Below are positions 1 to 10,250 of a DNA stretch of 64,000 nt, piece after piece. The notes beneath the pieces are model-generated. The model saw only the letters and a list, made by a program, of their open reading frames with translations. It did no database searches and had not been told where the DNA came from. Within the stretch, counting starts at the first letter, position 1. Each line of letters opens with the position of its first letter. Made by a program: the position numbers and the translations under genes. The stretch spans positions 64,001-128,000 of the IMG/VR virus record IMGVR_UViG_3300014205_000002; one strand, given 5' to 3'. This DNA comes from a virus (lineage: Duplodnaviria > Caudoviricetes).

Positions 1-46
1 CACGAGCCCGAACCCGATCCAGCCGGGCGACCTCTACTACTCGGGG

Positions 47-2869
47 ATGGACTTCTCCGACGTCTCGTTCAACGCGCCCCTGATGGGCTTCGGCGTGCTC
101 GCCGAGGTCTTACAGGCCGAACTCAAGGCCCGCAGCCCCGAGGGCTTCAAGGTCGTGCTGATCACCCGCGATCACATCGAGGGGTTGGGCCAGGCGCTGA
201 CCGTGGCCCCCTTCCGGGTCGCCCGCCGGCATGAGGTGCTAGGCCGCGACACCTTCGCGATCGTCGACACGCGCGTGGCCGCGGCCTTCACCTATGATGT
301 CACGATCCTGGTGGGTTCGCGCATCTTCATCTGGGTCGATCCCGACACCGGTGCCGTCGGCTCCGGCACGAGCTACACCGAGAGCCTGGGGTTCATGGTG
401 GCGTACGCCGACGTGCCCGTGGGGGCCGCCGGTCTCCAGGATCTCCGCTGGATCCTGGCCTCAGAGATCTCCCAGAGCTTCGCGCAGGCGGGCGCTGAGA
501 TCGAGCTGTTCCGTGACGCCTTGCCCTCGGGCTTCGCGGCCCCCCTGGTCGTGACGCCCTCGGTGCTCTTGCCGAACGCACTGGATCTGCAAGACGCGAT
601 CGCCATCATCAACGGCGTTCAGTTCAGCGCGCCAAGCCAGACGCTGACGCTGCCGGAAGCGCCGTTGCTCGGCGATCGGCTGGATCTGGTATTCCTTGAG
701 GCCTATCGCGTGATCGAGGCGACCCCGCCTGCTGACGGCAGCTTCTTCGTGCCCCTGGCCGACGAGGGCTTTCTGACGACCAAGACCCGGCTCGTGGTAG
801 CCGCCGGCGCGACCCGGGCGCTCTCCGACGAGGCCATGCTCGACGGCCAGGTGCAAAGCATCGGCGGCGGCGCTTACGTGCGCCATCCGCTGGGCCACTT
901 CGTCTCGCCCTATTCCAGCTCCTACGACGGCGAAAGCTGGGCGATACCCGTTGCCTACGCCTACCGCTTCAATCGCGACCCCTGGAGCCTCGGCAACCTC
1001 ACCGGCGGCGGCCTCGGCCCATTGTCGGTGCCCAGTCGGCCGGACGCCAAACGCCATGACTTCATGCACAGCGACGAGGTCGAGGTGCTCGCACCCGTGC
1101 TCTCGCTCACGGGCCTGAACCACCAGGCGATCTTCGGCCAGACCCTCGACATGATCCTCAAGGCCGAGCACCGCAGCATGTTCGGCCAGTCGTCGCTCGT
1201 GCCCACGTACTTCTCCAAGAAGCCCGTGCAGGTCGACACCGTCGACGGAACGCCGACGCCGGGCGTGCGGACGCTGAGTGCGCCCGACCAATTCCGCCGC
1301 CAGTGGAGCGCGGCCCCAGTGCCCTACTGGGTCGGCACCGGCTTCACCCCGAACCTCGACAAGACCAACGAGCTGATCACCTACGAGGACGGCAGCCGCA
1401 CGCTCACGCTCAAGAGCCCCGACGGCGGTGCGCTCTACACCGGCATCCTTGGCACCCAGCCCGTGGCGGAGCTGGCCTGGGTCGAGACCGGCCTGCCGGT
1501 CGCCATCGCTGGCAGTTGGAACCTCGGCATCGACGCCCAGGCCGCCTCATGCGTTCTCGACGACACCGCACCCGGCTTCGATCCGCTCGGCGACATCTCG
1601 CTGAGCTTCGAGGTCGTGCAGGATTCCACCGACTACCTGACCCGGCCGGCTTCGCGCATGCTCCTGGCCTTGATCGACGGCGTGGCGATCGTCCATGCGG
1701 ACGCCACCGAAGTGCTCAGGCTTGAGACGACGCCCGGCAATCTGCTCGCGACGGTCACGGCGATCGGTGACCCCAAGAAGGCTGACGCGCTGGTGGTCGA
1801 GCTGACGCTCACCGCCGACGGCACGAACGTGCTGCTCGTGCCCGAGGTGATCGAGGGCCGCGAGGTGCTCGGCGTGATCGATGCGTCGCTCGCCCTGGGT
1901 GGCGGCCTCGCGATCAAGACCTACCGCCGCGAGGTCGTAAACCATGAACTGGAGCTCACGGCGGCGCTGGCCGCCGGCGTGCTCGTCACGATCCACGTCG
2001 CTCTGGGCGGCAAGATCCTCAACCACGCCCCCCGACGTCTGGAGATCGGCGAGATGGCTGAGAGCCGTGTCGCCGAGACTGTGATCGCGGGCGGTGAAGC
2101 GATCTACCGGTTTGCGCTTCCGAGCAACCGCGTCATGCTCGGCTGTTTCTCCTTTGTGCGGACGCCTGCGACGCCCGCCGTCCATGGCGTGTACCTGAAC
2201 AACCGGCTGTACCCCGCCGTGGTGACGGGCTTCAATCGCAACCTCGTCGAGGTCTCGCTCACGCTCGCGCAGGCGGAGTATCTGGCGCTGCCGCTCGGCG
2301 ACCAGGCGGACTGGGCCTACCATGTGGGCAGCGATACCTACCGGCTCACGCCTGGCGCGTACTCGCTCAAGCTCGGCATCCTCTGGAGTGACCCCTTGAC
2401 CGCCGTGCAGGATCTAGCGCTCGTGTACCAACATGCGGCGCTACCCTTCCTGCCGGTCTCGGGCGGCGAGGTGTTTGAGCTGCTCGCTCGTGGCCTGCTG
2501 CTCTCGTCCAACTCCAGCGTCGCCAACGAGCAGGCCAGCTACACCGCCCCCGTCGCAGAGAAGTTCCCGGTCGTCGCTGGCATGCGGATCGGCCCTGCGG
2601 CGGGGCCCACCACGAGCCTGCTCGACGTGCAGAACGTGCCCCAGCTGGGCCAGTGGCCGCATGACGGCATCCACTTTGAGGTCGATGGCGGCATCGAGTT
2701 CCAGGCTGGCGTCGGCACGCCGGGGGCGGGTTTCGTCACCTGGCTCGCGCTCGTGAAGGTCAATCGCCATCTGCGGCTCCTGGCTTACGTCGAAACGGGA
2801 GCGACCTTCCCTGTCGACAACGACGACAAGGCTTTCCTGAGCTACCCACTCTCCCAGTTCGTGGAGTAG
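47..2869 (+). CDS. Large virion structural protein (tail/baseplate-associated); probably begins before the window
   Basis: 940 aa, beta-rich; motifs RLDLVFLEA and WAIPVAYAYRFN..RPD resemble myovirus tail/baseplate proteins; frame is open from base 2 to the ATG at 47. Confidence 0.55.
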   Translation: MDFSDVSFNAPLMGFGVLAEVLQAELKARSPEGFKVVLITRDHIEGLGQALTVAPFRVARRHEVLGRDTFAIVDTRVAAAFTYDVTILVGSRIFIWVDPDTGAVGSGTSYTESLGFMVAYADVPVGAAGLQDLRWILASEISQSFAQAGAEIELFRDALPSGFAAPLVVTPSVLLPNALDLQDAIAIINGVQFSAPSQTLTLPEAPLLGDRLDLVFLEAYRVIEATPPADGSFFVPLADEGFLTTKTRLVVAAGATRALSDEAMLDGQVQSIGGGAYVRHPLGHFVSPYSSSYDGESWAIPVAYAYRFNRDPWSLGNLTGGGLGPLSVPSRPDAKRHDFMHSDEVEVLAPVLSLTGLNHQAIFGQTLDMILKAEHRSMFGQSSLVPTYFSKKPVQVDTVDGTPTPGVRTLSAPDQFRRQWSAAPVPYWVGTGFTPNLDKTNELITYEDGSRTLTLKSPDGGALYTGILGTQPVAELAWVETGLPVAIAGSWNLGIDAQAASCVLDDTAPGFDPLGDISLSFEVVQDSTDYLTRPASRMLLALIDGVAIVHADATEVLRLETTPGNLLATVTAIGDPKKADALVVELTLTADGTNVLLVPEVIEGREVLGVIDASLALGGGLAIKTYRREVVNHELELTAALAAGVLVTIHVALGGKILNHAPRRLEIGEMAESRVAETVIAGGEAIYRFALPSNRVMLGCFSFVRTPATPAVHGVYLNNRLYPAVVTGFNRNLVEVSLTLAQAEYLALPLGDQADWAYHVGSDTYRLTPGAYSLKLGILWSDPLTAVQDLALVYQHAALPFLPVSGGEVFELLARGLLLSSNSSVANEQASYTAPVAEKFPVVAGMRIGPAAGPTTSLLDVQNVPQLGQWPHDGIHFEVDGGIEFQAGVGTPGAGFVTWLALVKVNRHLRLLAYVETGATFPVDNDDKAFLSYPLSQFVE

Positions 2870-2871
2870 CC

Positions 2872-4362
2872 ATGCTGGAGAGTGGGATTGGGGCCTTCAC
2901 CCAGCCGCCGGCGATCGCAGGCGAGAACGTAACCATCGCCTTCGCCACGGCGAACCTCGTCGTGACGAAGCGTAACCAGTTCCTGTTCGTGGCCCCTTTC
3001 GCACCGCCCGAGGGGGCCGTGCTGACGGCGATTGTCGATCGACTGACCTACTTTGAGCCCGACTTCCGCATCATCCGGGGCGTGTTCACCTGGCAGCGCG
3101 AGGCCTTGCCGATCGGTACGGTCATCCGGCTGGAGGCCTGGGTCGGCGGGGCCGATCACTGGCGCGCCGAGCGCGTGCTCGTCGCAAACGGCGCGAGCGC
3201 GTTCCGGCTATCGGCCCCCAGCGTCGGAAACCGCTGCACGATCTTCGTGAATGGCCGCTGCTTCACCGAGCATGAGGGTGCGTTCGAGACACGGGGCCCG
3301 CGCGTGCGCTGGCTACAGGGCCCAGGCCCCGGTCCCGCCGACAGCGTGGTCGCGCTCTACCCGCGCACGATGGAAGGGGCGATGGCGCTGCATCAGGAGG
3401 CCTTCCCGTTGCACCCGGCGCGCGGCCGCACCTTCGACCTCGCAATCGAGCCCCGGCCGGCCGGGCGCACCCGTCTGTACCACAGGGGCCTGCGCTACAT
3501 TGAGGGCGATGACTTCACGGTCTCGGGCTCCGCGGTGGCCTCGCCGCCCGGGATCGCGCTCCTGCATGGTGAGGTGCTCGCGGTGCTTGCGACCACCGGA
3601 GCGAACTACTTCGTGAAGACGGCGGAAACCCCAGAGGTGGCGCGCCAGCTGTTCGTTGAGAGCCATGTGACGGTCCAGGCGGATGGCGATGCGATCGCGT
3701 CGATGCCAGCAGCGGCCCTGGCGGCCCCAGGCAAGGCCTTGCTGAGCCTGAACGGCCTGACGTATCCCGAGCAGGCCGGCGGCTTCCTGCGCGAGGGCAG
3801 CGACGTGCTGTGGGACGATGGCGACATGACCTTGCGCGCCGGCGACGACCTGGGGCTGTGGGGCCTGCTCGGCGATCGCGCGGCCGGAGCCTGCGTAATC
3901 AAGGAGATTCCGGCCGGCGTGGGCTGGCCCATGCTCGATCTCGGCGAGCAGGCCGCAGACGTGCGCAAGACCATGCTGTTCGTGAGCAGCGGCGGCTTCG
4001 GCGGCCAGCTCTACCTCGGTCCGCGTTGGCTGACCTTCGTCGACGAGCGCACGATCCAGTGGAACGGGCCGTTTCCGCTCAAGGCCAGCGATCGGCTAGT
4101 GGCCGTCATCTGGAAGGATCCGCTGGTGGCGGCGGCCCTGCGGCTGCATACCCAGTCGATCACGCTGGCCGAGGCCGGCCTGCCCTTCGCCTACCGGCTT
4201 CCGCACCCGCCAAGCGACCCCGGCCGCGTGCTGGTCGCGCAGAACGGCCAGCGGCTCGCGCACCCAGCCGACTTCACCATGCTCGGGGGCGTGTTCAATT
4301 ACGGCCTGCCGGTGACCCGTTCGCTGCATGTGGGCGACGAGTTCGTCTTCCTGTACCGCTAG
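2872..4362 (+). CDS. Putative tail-associated protein with repeated small beta domains
   Basis: 496 aa; repeated units of the form IFVNG/LSLNG/AQNG..DFT; GGAG RBS; coupled to the upstream structural gene. Confidence 0.45.
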   Translation: MLESGIGAFTQPPAIAGENVTIAFATANLVVTKRNQFLFVAPFAPPEGAVLTAIVDRLTYFEPDFRIIRGVFTWQREALPIGTVIRLEAWVGGADHWRAERVLVANGASAFRLSAPSVGNRCTIFVNGRCFTEHEGAFETRGPRVRWLQGPGPGPADSVVALYPRTMEGAMALHQEAFPLHPARGRTFDLAIEPRPAGRTRLYHRGLRYIEGDDFTVSGSAVASPPGIALLHGEVLAVLATTGANYFVKTAETPEVARQLFVESHVTVQADGDAIASMPAAALAAPGKALLSLNGLTYPEQAGGFLREGSDVLWDDGDMTLRAGDDLGLWGLLGDRAAGACVIKEIPAGVGWPMLDLGEQAADVRKTMLFVSSGGFGGQLYLGPRWLTFVDERTIQWNGPFPLKASDRLVAVIWKDPLVAAALRLHTQSITLAEAGLPFAYRLPHPPSDPGRVLVAQNGQRLAHPADFTMLGGVFNYGLPVTRSLHVGDEFVFLYR

Positions 4363-5450
4363 GTCTTCTCCAACGCGAACAGGTACTCGGTCACCACGTC
4401 GCTCTTGTAGGTGCGCGTCGCGCTGTCCTTGTCGGCGCGGAAGCGCTTGAGCGGCATCTCGAACGCCGTCACCCGCCCGTGGGCCGCGAGCGTCGCGATG
4501 ATCTGATCCTTGGTCATCAGGCCGTCGCTGGAGTACGAGAGCAGCACCCAGCGAGCGCGTGCGGCTTCGGCGACGCGCTCAAGCTCCCCCTGGACCGTGC
4601 GCCTGGAACACCACAGGCTCTTGAGATCGGCGTAGGGGCGCACGCCGGTCTTGCCGCGAGGCACCGGGCGATCCCAGCGGGCGATCGTCTCCAGGATGTG
4701 GTAGTTCGGGCAGTACTGCCGGTGGTTGTAGGGCGGATCCAGGTAGAGTACGTCGAGCTCGGGCGCGCTCGCGAGGAAGCCGTGGACGTCGAGGTTCGTA
4801 ATGGTCGCCTTCGGGCCGGTGGTGACGGTGAAGCTCTTGAGCCTGAGCGCCTTGGCCGCGGTCGCCTTGATCGCTTTGAGGTAGGCGGCGTAGACCGAGG
4901 CGGTGTTCGCGACCTTGTCGGCGGCGTGAATCAGGCTCGCGACCAGCAGTCCCTTCTCGTCGGGGGTGATCGGCATCTGGTCGATACCCTCCCTGATCGC
5001 CTGGATCGCGGTGCCGTTCGCGGTCGCGAAGTACATGCGCTCGCCGCCGACCGGGTAGCCGCCGGCCTCGCCGCGCTGGCAGTAGTCGTCGATGAACCAG
5101 CTGCCGTACAGATCGGCGCGCCAGAACGTCGTCGGCGCATCGCAGATCATATTGAGGTGGCCGACCACTGCATCCAGCCGATCCGCGTCGGGCAGCTGCT
5201 CGGGGAAGAACTGTCCGGCCACGCCCTCGAAGCGGGGGTGCTCGCTCATGAGCATCGCATGGCCGAGGCAGGCGGAGAAGGCCTGCCAGTCGTTGGCGAA
5301 GACCTCCCAGCCAAGTGCCTGGTAGTGGCGGCCCACCGCGTGGGTGCCCGCGAAGGCGTCGCCGAGCCGGCCGGGCGCGATGCCCAGCTCGGCGATCGCA
5401 CGATCGAGCAGGGGGCCGAGCAGCCGGTCTTTCGAGCCAATGAAATTCAT
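4359..5450 (-). CDS. N6-adenine DNA methyltransferase, D12/Dam class, NlaIII/HpyI-like (CATG inferred); no cognate restriction enzyme seen
   Basis: MNFIGSK start, DAFAGT SAM motif, ADKVANTASVY segment, LYLDPPYNHRQY catalytic motif; GGGAGG RBS. Confidence 0.9.
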   Translation of the reverse strand: MNFIGSKDRLLGPLLDRAIAELGIAPGRLGDAFAGTHAVGRHYQALGWEVFANDWQAFSACLGHAMLMSEHPRFEGVAGQFFPEQLPDADRLDAVVGHLNMICDAPTTFWRADLYGSWFIDDYCQRGEAGGYPVGGERMYFATANGTAIQAIREGIDQMPITPDEKGLLVASLIHAADKVANTASVYAAYLKAIKATAAKALRLKSFTVTTGPKATITNLDVHGFLASAPELDVLYLDPPYNHRQYCPNYHILETIARWDRPVPRGKTGVRPYADLKSLWCSRRTVQGELERVAEAARARWVLLSYSSDGLMTKDQIIATLAAHGRVTAFEMPLKRFRADKDSATRTYKSDVVTEYLFALEKT

Positions 5451-5460
5451 TACGCCTCCC

Positions 5461-5490
5461 GCATGCGGTAACTATGTAATCATAGCATGC
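5461..5490 (-). promoter_or_regulatory. Extended -10 promoter of the methyltransferase, flanked by two GCATGC sites
   Basis: Minus strand TGCTATGAT (5479-5487); CATG at 5462-5465 and 5486-5489. Confidence 0.5.
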
Positions 5491-5508
5491 GGAAGGTTGG
5501 TCGGACCA

Positions 5509-6243
5509 CTAGCGGGTCTTGCGGTAGCAGCGGTTGATCATCTTCGCCCCCTCGGAGCGCACGACGTCTTTGTCGCCGAAGCGGATGATGCCGATGTTGC
5601 GCTCGTTCTCGAACATCCAGAGGTCCTCGCAGGCGCTGACCTTGTCCTCGGGCAAGTCGATCTGCTCGGGGTCCATTGTGACGACCACCAGGGTGTCCTC
5701 GCCGATGCGGGTCAGGCACATACGCAGCTGCTCGGGCGTGGCGTTCTGCATCTCGTCGAGCAGCATCACCGTTCGATGGAAAGTGCGGCCGCGGATGTAG
5801 GTCATGCTGGAGAGCTCAATCAGCTCGTTCTTGATCAGCTGGTCGACCACGCCCTTCCCGACGAAGTGCGCCAAATTCTCAAAGATCGGCTTGAGGTAGG
5901 GGGCCATCTTCGCGGCCAAGTCGCCCGTGAGGAAGCCGACCGACTCGCCGGCCTCGACCGCCGGCCTGGTCGCGAGAATCTTGTCGACCTCGCGGCTCTT
6001 GAGTAGATCGATCGCCATCTTGGCCCCGAGGTAGGTCTTGGAGGTACCGGCAGGCCCGATCAGGAAGACGACGTCCTTCTCCTGGAGCATCTTGATGGCG
6101 GTCGTCTGGAGCGCGGTGCGCGACGTGAACTCGCGGACCTGCATCTTCGACACATTGATGCGGCCCCCGTCACCGCCTGGTGGCGACGCAAACTTGGCCG
6201 GCTTGCCGGGCTTGCCGTTCCATTCCTGTGCCTTCTTGCTCAT
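5509..6243 (-). CDS. phoH: PhoH-family ATPase
   Basis: GPAGTSKT Walker A, TRPAVEAGESVGFLTG, YIRGRTF, LLDEMQN, LTRIGE, DVVRS. Confidence 0.95.
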   Translation of the reverse strand: MSKKAQEWNGKPGKPAKFASPPGGDGGRINVSKMQVREFTSRTALQTTAIKMLQEKDVVFLIGPAGTSKTYLGAKMAIDLLKSREVDKILATRPAVEAGESVGFLTGDLAAKMAPYLKPIFENLAHFVGKGVVDQLIKNELIELSSMTYIRGRTFHRTVMLLDEMQNATPEQLRMCLTRIGEDTLVVVTMDPEQIDLPEDKVSACEDLWMFENERNIGIIRFGDKDVVRSEGAKMINRCYRKTR

Positions 6244-6246
6244 GGC

Positions 6247-8277
6247 TCACATGCTCTTTCCGGTCTCACGTCGGGGGGGCTTCTGGTTGGGCATCGGCTT
6301 GTCGACCTTGGGGCTCTTGCCCCCCTGGCCGCCTTCGTCGCCGCCCATCCCCAGCAGCGGCTGGAGGTTGAACGACTCGGCGAGGTTGCCGACGATCAGG
6401 GCCATCACGGGGTTGTTGGCCTGCATCTCCTGGAAGGTGGTCTGGGCGTCCTCGGGGGTCATCGACAGCATCGTCTGGAGCTGGCTGCCGTACTGTCCGA
6501 TGTCGGTCATTGCACGGGTCTGGAGTTGGCGCGCGAGGCCGGGGTTGGTGGCGGCGACCTGCTGGAGGATACCCGCCTGCTCCTCGGGCTTCATCTTGCT
6601 CAGGCCCTGGTAGACCTGCTCGATCTGGGTTGGGTCGATCGCGGGCATTGTGGTCTTCATCTCCGGCGCGAGGAAGTTCTGGAGCATCGACTGGAGCGCC
6701 ATCATGCGGTTCGCCGCCTCGGCCTGAGCCTTGGCATTCGATACGGCCAACTCGACATCCTCATAGTTCCGCTTGCGCATCTGCTCATTGAAGTCGAAGC
6801 CGAACTCCAGGCCCAACATCTCGCCGCTGATCGCCCGGCTCTGCCAGAGGCCGAGGATTAGCTGGCGGAGCTGGATGTCGTCGGCCATCTTGAAGCGGCG
6901 CAGGCCCACGCCGACCTTCTCCAGGCCGGTGATTGCATGCACGCGCTTGATCACCCAGCGGAACATCTTCTCGATCTGCTCGACCTGATTGAGCAGGCTA
7001 TTCTCCAGCATGCGCAAGGAAACGTTCGAGCCTGAGTAGGTCAGACCGCCGTATACGAACTCGCGGGGCACGTTGAGCCCTGCGATCATGTCGTCCTTGA
7101 CCATGCCCATCTCGTTGAACAACATCAAGGCCTTACCCTGTCCGCCCATCTGACCCTGGCCCAATGGGATCGGGCTGAGCATGATATAGAGCGGATCCTT
7201 CTTCCACTTCGTCAGCTCGACCTTCATGCGCCTGCGCCAGTCGCCGAGATCGATGTTGATCGTCGAGTTGGAGCCGACCTCGATGCCGGGAAACAGGTAG
7301 CGGAACGGCAGGATGTGCTCCATCATCAGCGCGAGCTGGGCGCGACGCATGATGTTCAGGTAGATGATCGAGCGCAAGACCGAGACCGTGGCCGGCATTC
7401 CCCAGGGCGTCTCAACACCTGGCAAGTCGATGCCTGGGCGCGCAAGGTGGAAGATCTGACCCCTGTGGAAGCGGATGCGCGCCTGGGCACCGCTCTTGTT
7501 GCGGGTCATCTTGACCGCATCGATCATGTCCTTGGGCGTATTGCGCAGGCGGACGGGGTTGCCCTCGCGGATCGCCTTGGCCTCGGACTCGGGGATCACG
7601 TAGTAGAAGTCCCGCGCGCCGCTGTAGGGGTCGAAGTCGATCTCGATGTTGCTCGGCTGCCAGCTGACCAGGTTCATGCGCAAGAGCGCGGCCTCACCCG
7701 TGACGGCCTTGTCGTAGAAGCGCGCCGCCAAGTTCTGCTGGCAGCGACGACACTTCATGATGAAGTTCATCTTCGCCGTGTCCCATTTCCAGTTGGCCTT
7801 GTCGAGCAGTTCCTCGTGGCGGCACTGCGAGTTCGCGCACACGAGGATGCGATCGAACGGCGCGTACACGCTCGCGAAGGCGTTGCCGTAGATCTGGTAG
7901 TGCTGGCCGGTCTTGATCGCGTAGGTCTTGGCCGAGAGCGTGTCGTCGAAGAGGTCCTGCCACGTCTCTACCAGGCCCTCCTTGCTGCGTAGCTCGGTCC
8001 GGTACTCGGGCGTGTCCGTCGCCGCTTTGAGCTTCGGCGTGAACTGGAACTCGGTGATCGGGTACTCGGCCACCTTCTCGACGGCGGAGTTGACCACCTC
8101 GTTCGTCAGATGCGCGTGCGCCGAGAAGGCGAACAACTCCTTGATCGTCGCGGGCAGGTAGAAGCTCTCGAACTGGAAGAACTGGCTCTCGCCGATCATC
8201 GTGCGCTGCAAAAGCGCGTTCGAGAACAGGAAACCGAGATCGCCGACGACGTCGTCGAAGTTGGTGCCGAGACTCAT
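6247..8277 (-). CDS. Probable portal protein with zinc-ribbon insertion and Gln/Met-rich C-terminal tail
   Basis: 676 aa; YQIYGNAFAS, IFHL..PWGMP, IAGLNVPREFVYGGLTYSGSNVSLR are portal-like; CxxxxC..CRRC insert. Confidence 0.65.
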   Translation of the reverse strand: MSLGTNFDDVVGDLGFLFSNALLQRTMIGESQFFQFESFYLPATIKELFAFSAHAHLTNEVVNSAVEKVAEYPITEFQFTPKLKAATDTPEYRTELRSKEGLVETWQDLFDDTLSAKTYAIKTGQHYQIYGNAFASVYAPFDRILVCANSQCRHEELLDKANWKWDTAKMNFIMKCRRCQQNLAARFYDKAVTGEAALLRMNLVSWQPSNIEIDFDPYSGARDFYYVIPESEAKAIREGNPVRLRNTPKDMIDAVKMTRNKSGAQARIRFHRGQIFHLARPGIDLPGVETPWGMPATVSVLRSIIYLNIMRRAQLALMMEHILPFRYLFPGIEVGSNSTINIDLGDWRRRMKVELTKWKKDPLYIMLSPIPLGQGQMGGQGKALMLFNEMGMVKDDMIAGLNVPREFVYGGLTYSGSNVSLRMLENSLLNQVEQIEKMFRWVIKRVHAITGLEKVGVGLRRFKMADDIQLRQLILGLWQSRAISGEMLGLEFGFDFNEQMRKRNYEDVELAVSNAKAQAEAANRMMALQSMLQNFLAPEMKTTMPAIDPTQIEQVYQGLSKMKPEEQAGILQQVAATNPGLARQLQTRAMTDIGQYGSQLQTMLSMTPEDAQTTFQEMQANNPVMALIVGNLAESFNLQPLLGMGGDEGGQGGKSPKVDKPMPNQKPPRRETGKSM

Positions 8278-9020
8278 ACCATACCTGCCTTCAATGCGGT
8301 CATCTGCGCGAGGAGACGGGCGTGTCGTGCGGTGACATAGGCGTCAACCGTTTCCATGCGCGCGCGCTGAATGGCCGGGGCTCCGGCCGCCTCCGCGTCG
8401 CCGCGATGGAGGCGCGCGAGGGGATCCCGGGCGAAGGCGAGCGCCTCGGGGGCCCGAGTGAAACCCTCCCCATGCAAGTGGGCCGCCACGAATACGGCGA
8501 CCTCGTCACCCCAGGGCGTGAGCGGATCGAGGTAGCGCAGGGCGTCGGCCGCCCAGGCCAGCTCCGCCACCGACAGATCGGGCGGCGTGTCGAAGACCAC
8601 CTCGCGCTCGTTCAGCGCGCAGGCCAGGTGCGCGAATACATGCCAGTCTAGATAAGGCGCGGGATCGTAGAGCGCGAAGACCACCAGCATCAGGCGGGTC
8701 GCCTCGTCCGCGTCGATGCCGAGCGCCTCTTGCAGCGTCTCGGGCTCGTAGTCGACGAAGCCTGGACCGAGCTTGCGCTCGGCGATCGCCGCGAGCACGA
8801 TCGGATCCTGGGCGCTCTCGCTCGCAGCCTTGACGGGCTCCGGCTTGAACAGGCGTAGACCCACCGCCAGGTTGCGCGCGACGATGCGCTCAACGACGGC
8901 CTTGGGCGTTGTCGCGCCCTCGGCCGCATCGGCCAGGTTCTTCATGGTCGCGAGCGCCGACCGGATCACGCGATGGCGCTCGGTTACGCCTTCCGTGGCG
9001 ATCGTGGTACGGGGATCCAT
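8274..9020 (-). CDS. Hypothetical head-module protein (start revised to MDPRTT)
   Basis: ATG at 9020 just past the upstream stop; ATGA overlap with the portal. Confidence 0.6.
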   Translation of the reverse strand: MDPRTTIATEGVTERHRVIRSALATMKNLADAAEGATTPKAVVERIVARNLAVGLRLFKPEPVKAASESAQDPIVLAAIAERKLGPGFVDYEPETLQEALGIDADEATRLMLVVFALYDPAPYLDWHVFAHLACALNEREVVFDTPPDLSVAELAWAADALRYLDPLTPWGDEVAVFVAAHLHGEGFTRAPEALAFARDPLARLHRGDAEAAGAPAIQRARMETVDAYVTARHARLLAQMTALKAGMV

Positions 9021-9024
9021 GTCG

Positions 9025-10185
9025 TTACCAGCCGCGGACCCTGGCGAGGATGATCGCCTGGGTCTGGGCTGGCAGGGCCTCGATGTGCTTGGCAAGCTTG
9101 GTCGAGTCGCTCATGTCCGGAATGACGTGAGGGGCGAGGTTCTCCCAGTCGCTTGAGCCGACCTTCGCCATCACCTCGGCGATATTGACCATGTTGTTCG
9201 CGCACAGCGCGGTCTTGCGCTGGCGATCGTCTACGACCTCGCGCTCGCGCATGCTCGCCGCAGGCAGGACGTCCTGGCGTTCGTCGAAGCCCGCGAGCTT
9301 ATCGAGATCCGCGACGTTGTTCCAGAACTCGTCGCCCATCGTGTTCTCAAAAGCCTGTTTGAACAGCATGTCGTAGGCAGCCACGAGTTCGGGCTCGCTG
9401 TTCTTGATGTCCGGCTGATCGTAGGGCAGGGTGACGCCGCGACTGGCCGCCGTCTTGTAGAGGCTCGCGTGCTTGGCCTGGGTGCCGATGCGCTCTTTCA
9501 GCAGGCCGATGCGGTACTGCATCTGCGCGATGATGGCGCTGCGCTTGATCGGTCGAACGTCGTCGACGAGGATCGCATTGGGGTTGACGCTGAACTCGGC
9601 GCACTTGCTCATGAGCGCATTGGCGAGCTGGCCGCGCAGTTCCGCGAGGTCGCCCACGAGGCCGAGCGGGTAGCGCATGGCACTCATGGCCACCTTCTCC
9701 CGATCCGTCACCGGGTAGAGCCTGATCGTCGCGGTTCCGTCTCCGTTGAACTGGGCGCTCCGGCCGGCTCGTTTCACCAGCGGATCATCGGCCGCGAAGG
9801 TCGCCTCCAGTGCGTAGACGTCAGGTGTGGCTTCCGCCGCCGCAACCTTCGCCATGGCCGTGGCGAGGTCGACGTCATGTAGTTCCGCAGCCTGCGCGAG
9901 CTTCTCGCGAATGCGCTGGTGGTACTGATGTGGCACGTTGTGCGAGGTCTTCTCGAAATACATGGCCGAAAGCCATGTGTCGAGCGGGGTGTCGCAAGGG
10001 AGCCTGCCGCCCGCGCCCCAGGCGAAGGCGGTCTTGTCCTGGCGGTAGGCGCTGCCTGCGATCAGCGAGGCACCCTTGACGAAGTCCGGAATCGCCTCGA
10101 CGCCGCCCTGGGCGATCTTCTCGGTGAGGATCTCGGTCAAGACGACGCCGGTGGGGTCGTCGAAGTGGTCGATGATGGCAGGCAT
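9025..10185 (-). CDS. Putative head/scaffold-region protein with many K-x-A motifs
   Basis: 386 aa; GAGGA RBS; TATAAT upstream; co-oriented with the portal. Confidence 0.55.
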   Translation of the reverse strand: MPAIIDHFDDPTGVVLTEILTEKIAQGGVEAIPDFVKGASLIAGSAYRQDKTAFAWGAGGRLPCDTPLDTWLSAMYFEKTSHNVPHQYHQRIREKLAQAAELHDVDLATAMAKVAAAEATPDVYALEATFAADDPLVKRAGRSAQFNGDGTATIRLYPVTDREKVAMSAMRYPLGLVGDLAELRGQLANALMSKCAEFSVNPNAILVDDVRPIKRSAIIAQMQYRIGLLKERIGTQAKHASLYKTAASRGVTLPYDQPDIKNSEPELVAAYDMLFKQAFENTMGDEFWNNVADLDKLAGFDERQDVLPAASMREREVVDDRQRKTALCANNMVNIAEVMAKVGSSDWENLAPHVIPDMSDSTKLAKHIEALPAQTQAIILARVRGW

Positions 10186-10250
10186 TCAGGTTCCTCGCTA
10201 TACCGGTCCGACGGTAGGTCCACCGATATTATAGGGTGACGGAAGGTGGG

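Noticed and set aside
3810-5471. 553-aa plus-strand ORF and similar long antisense ORFs (10603-12093, 31139-32371, 37560-38684, 38693-39829)
   Set aside because: Shadow frames of well-supported genes in GC-rich DNA, with biased composition and no recognisable motifs.
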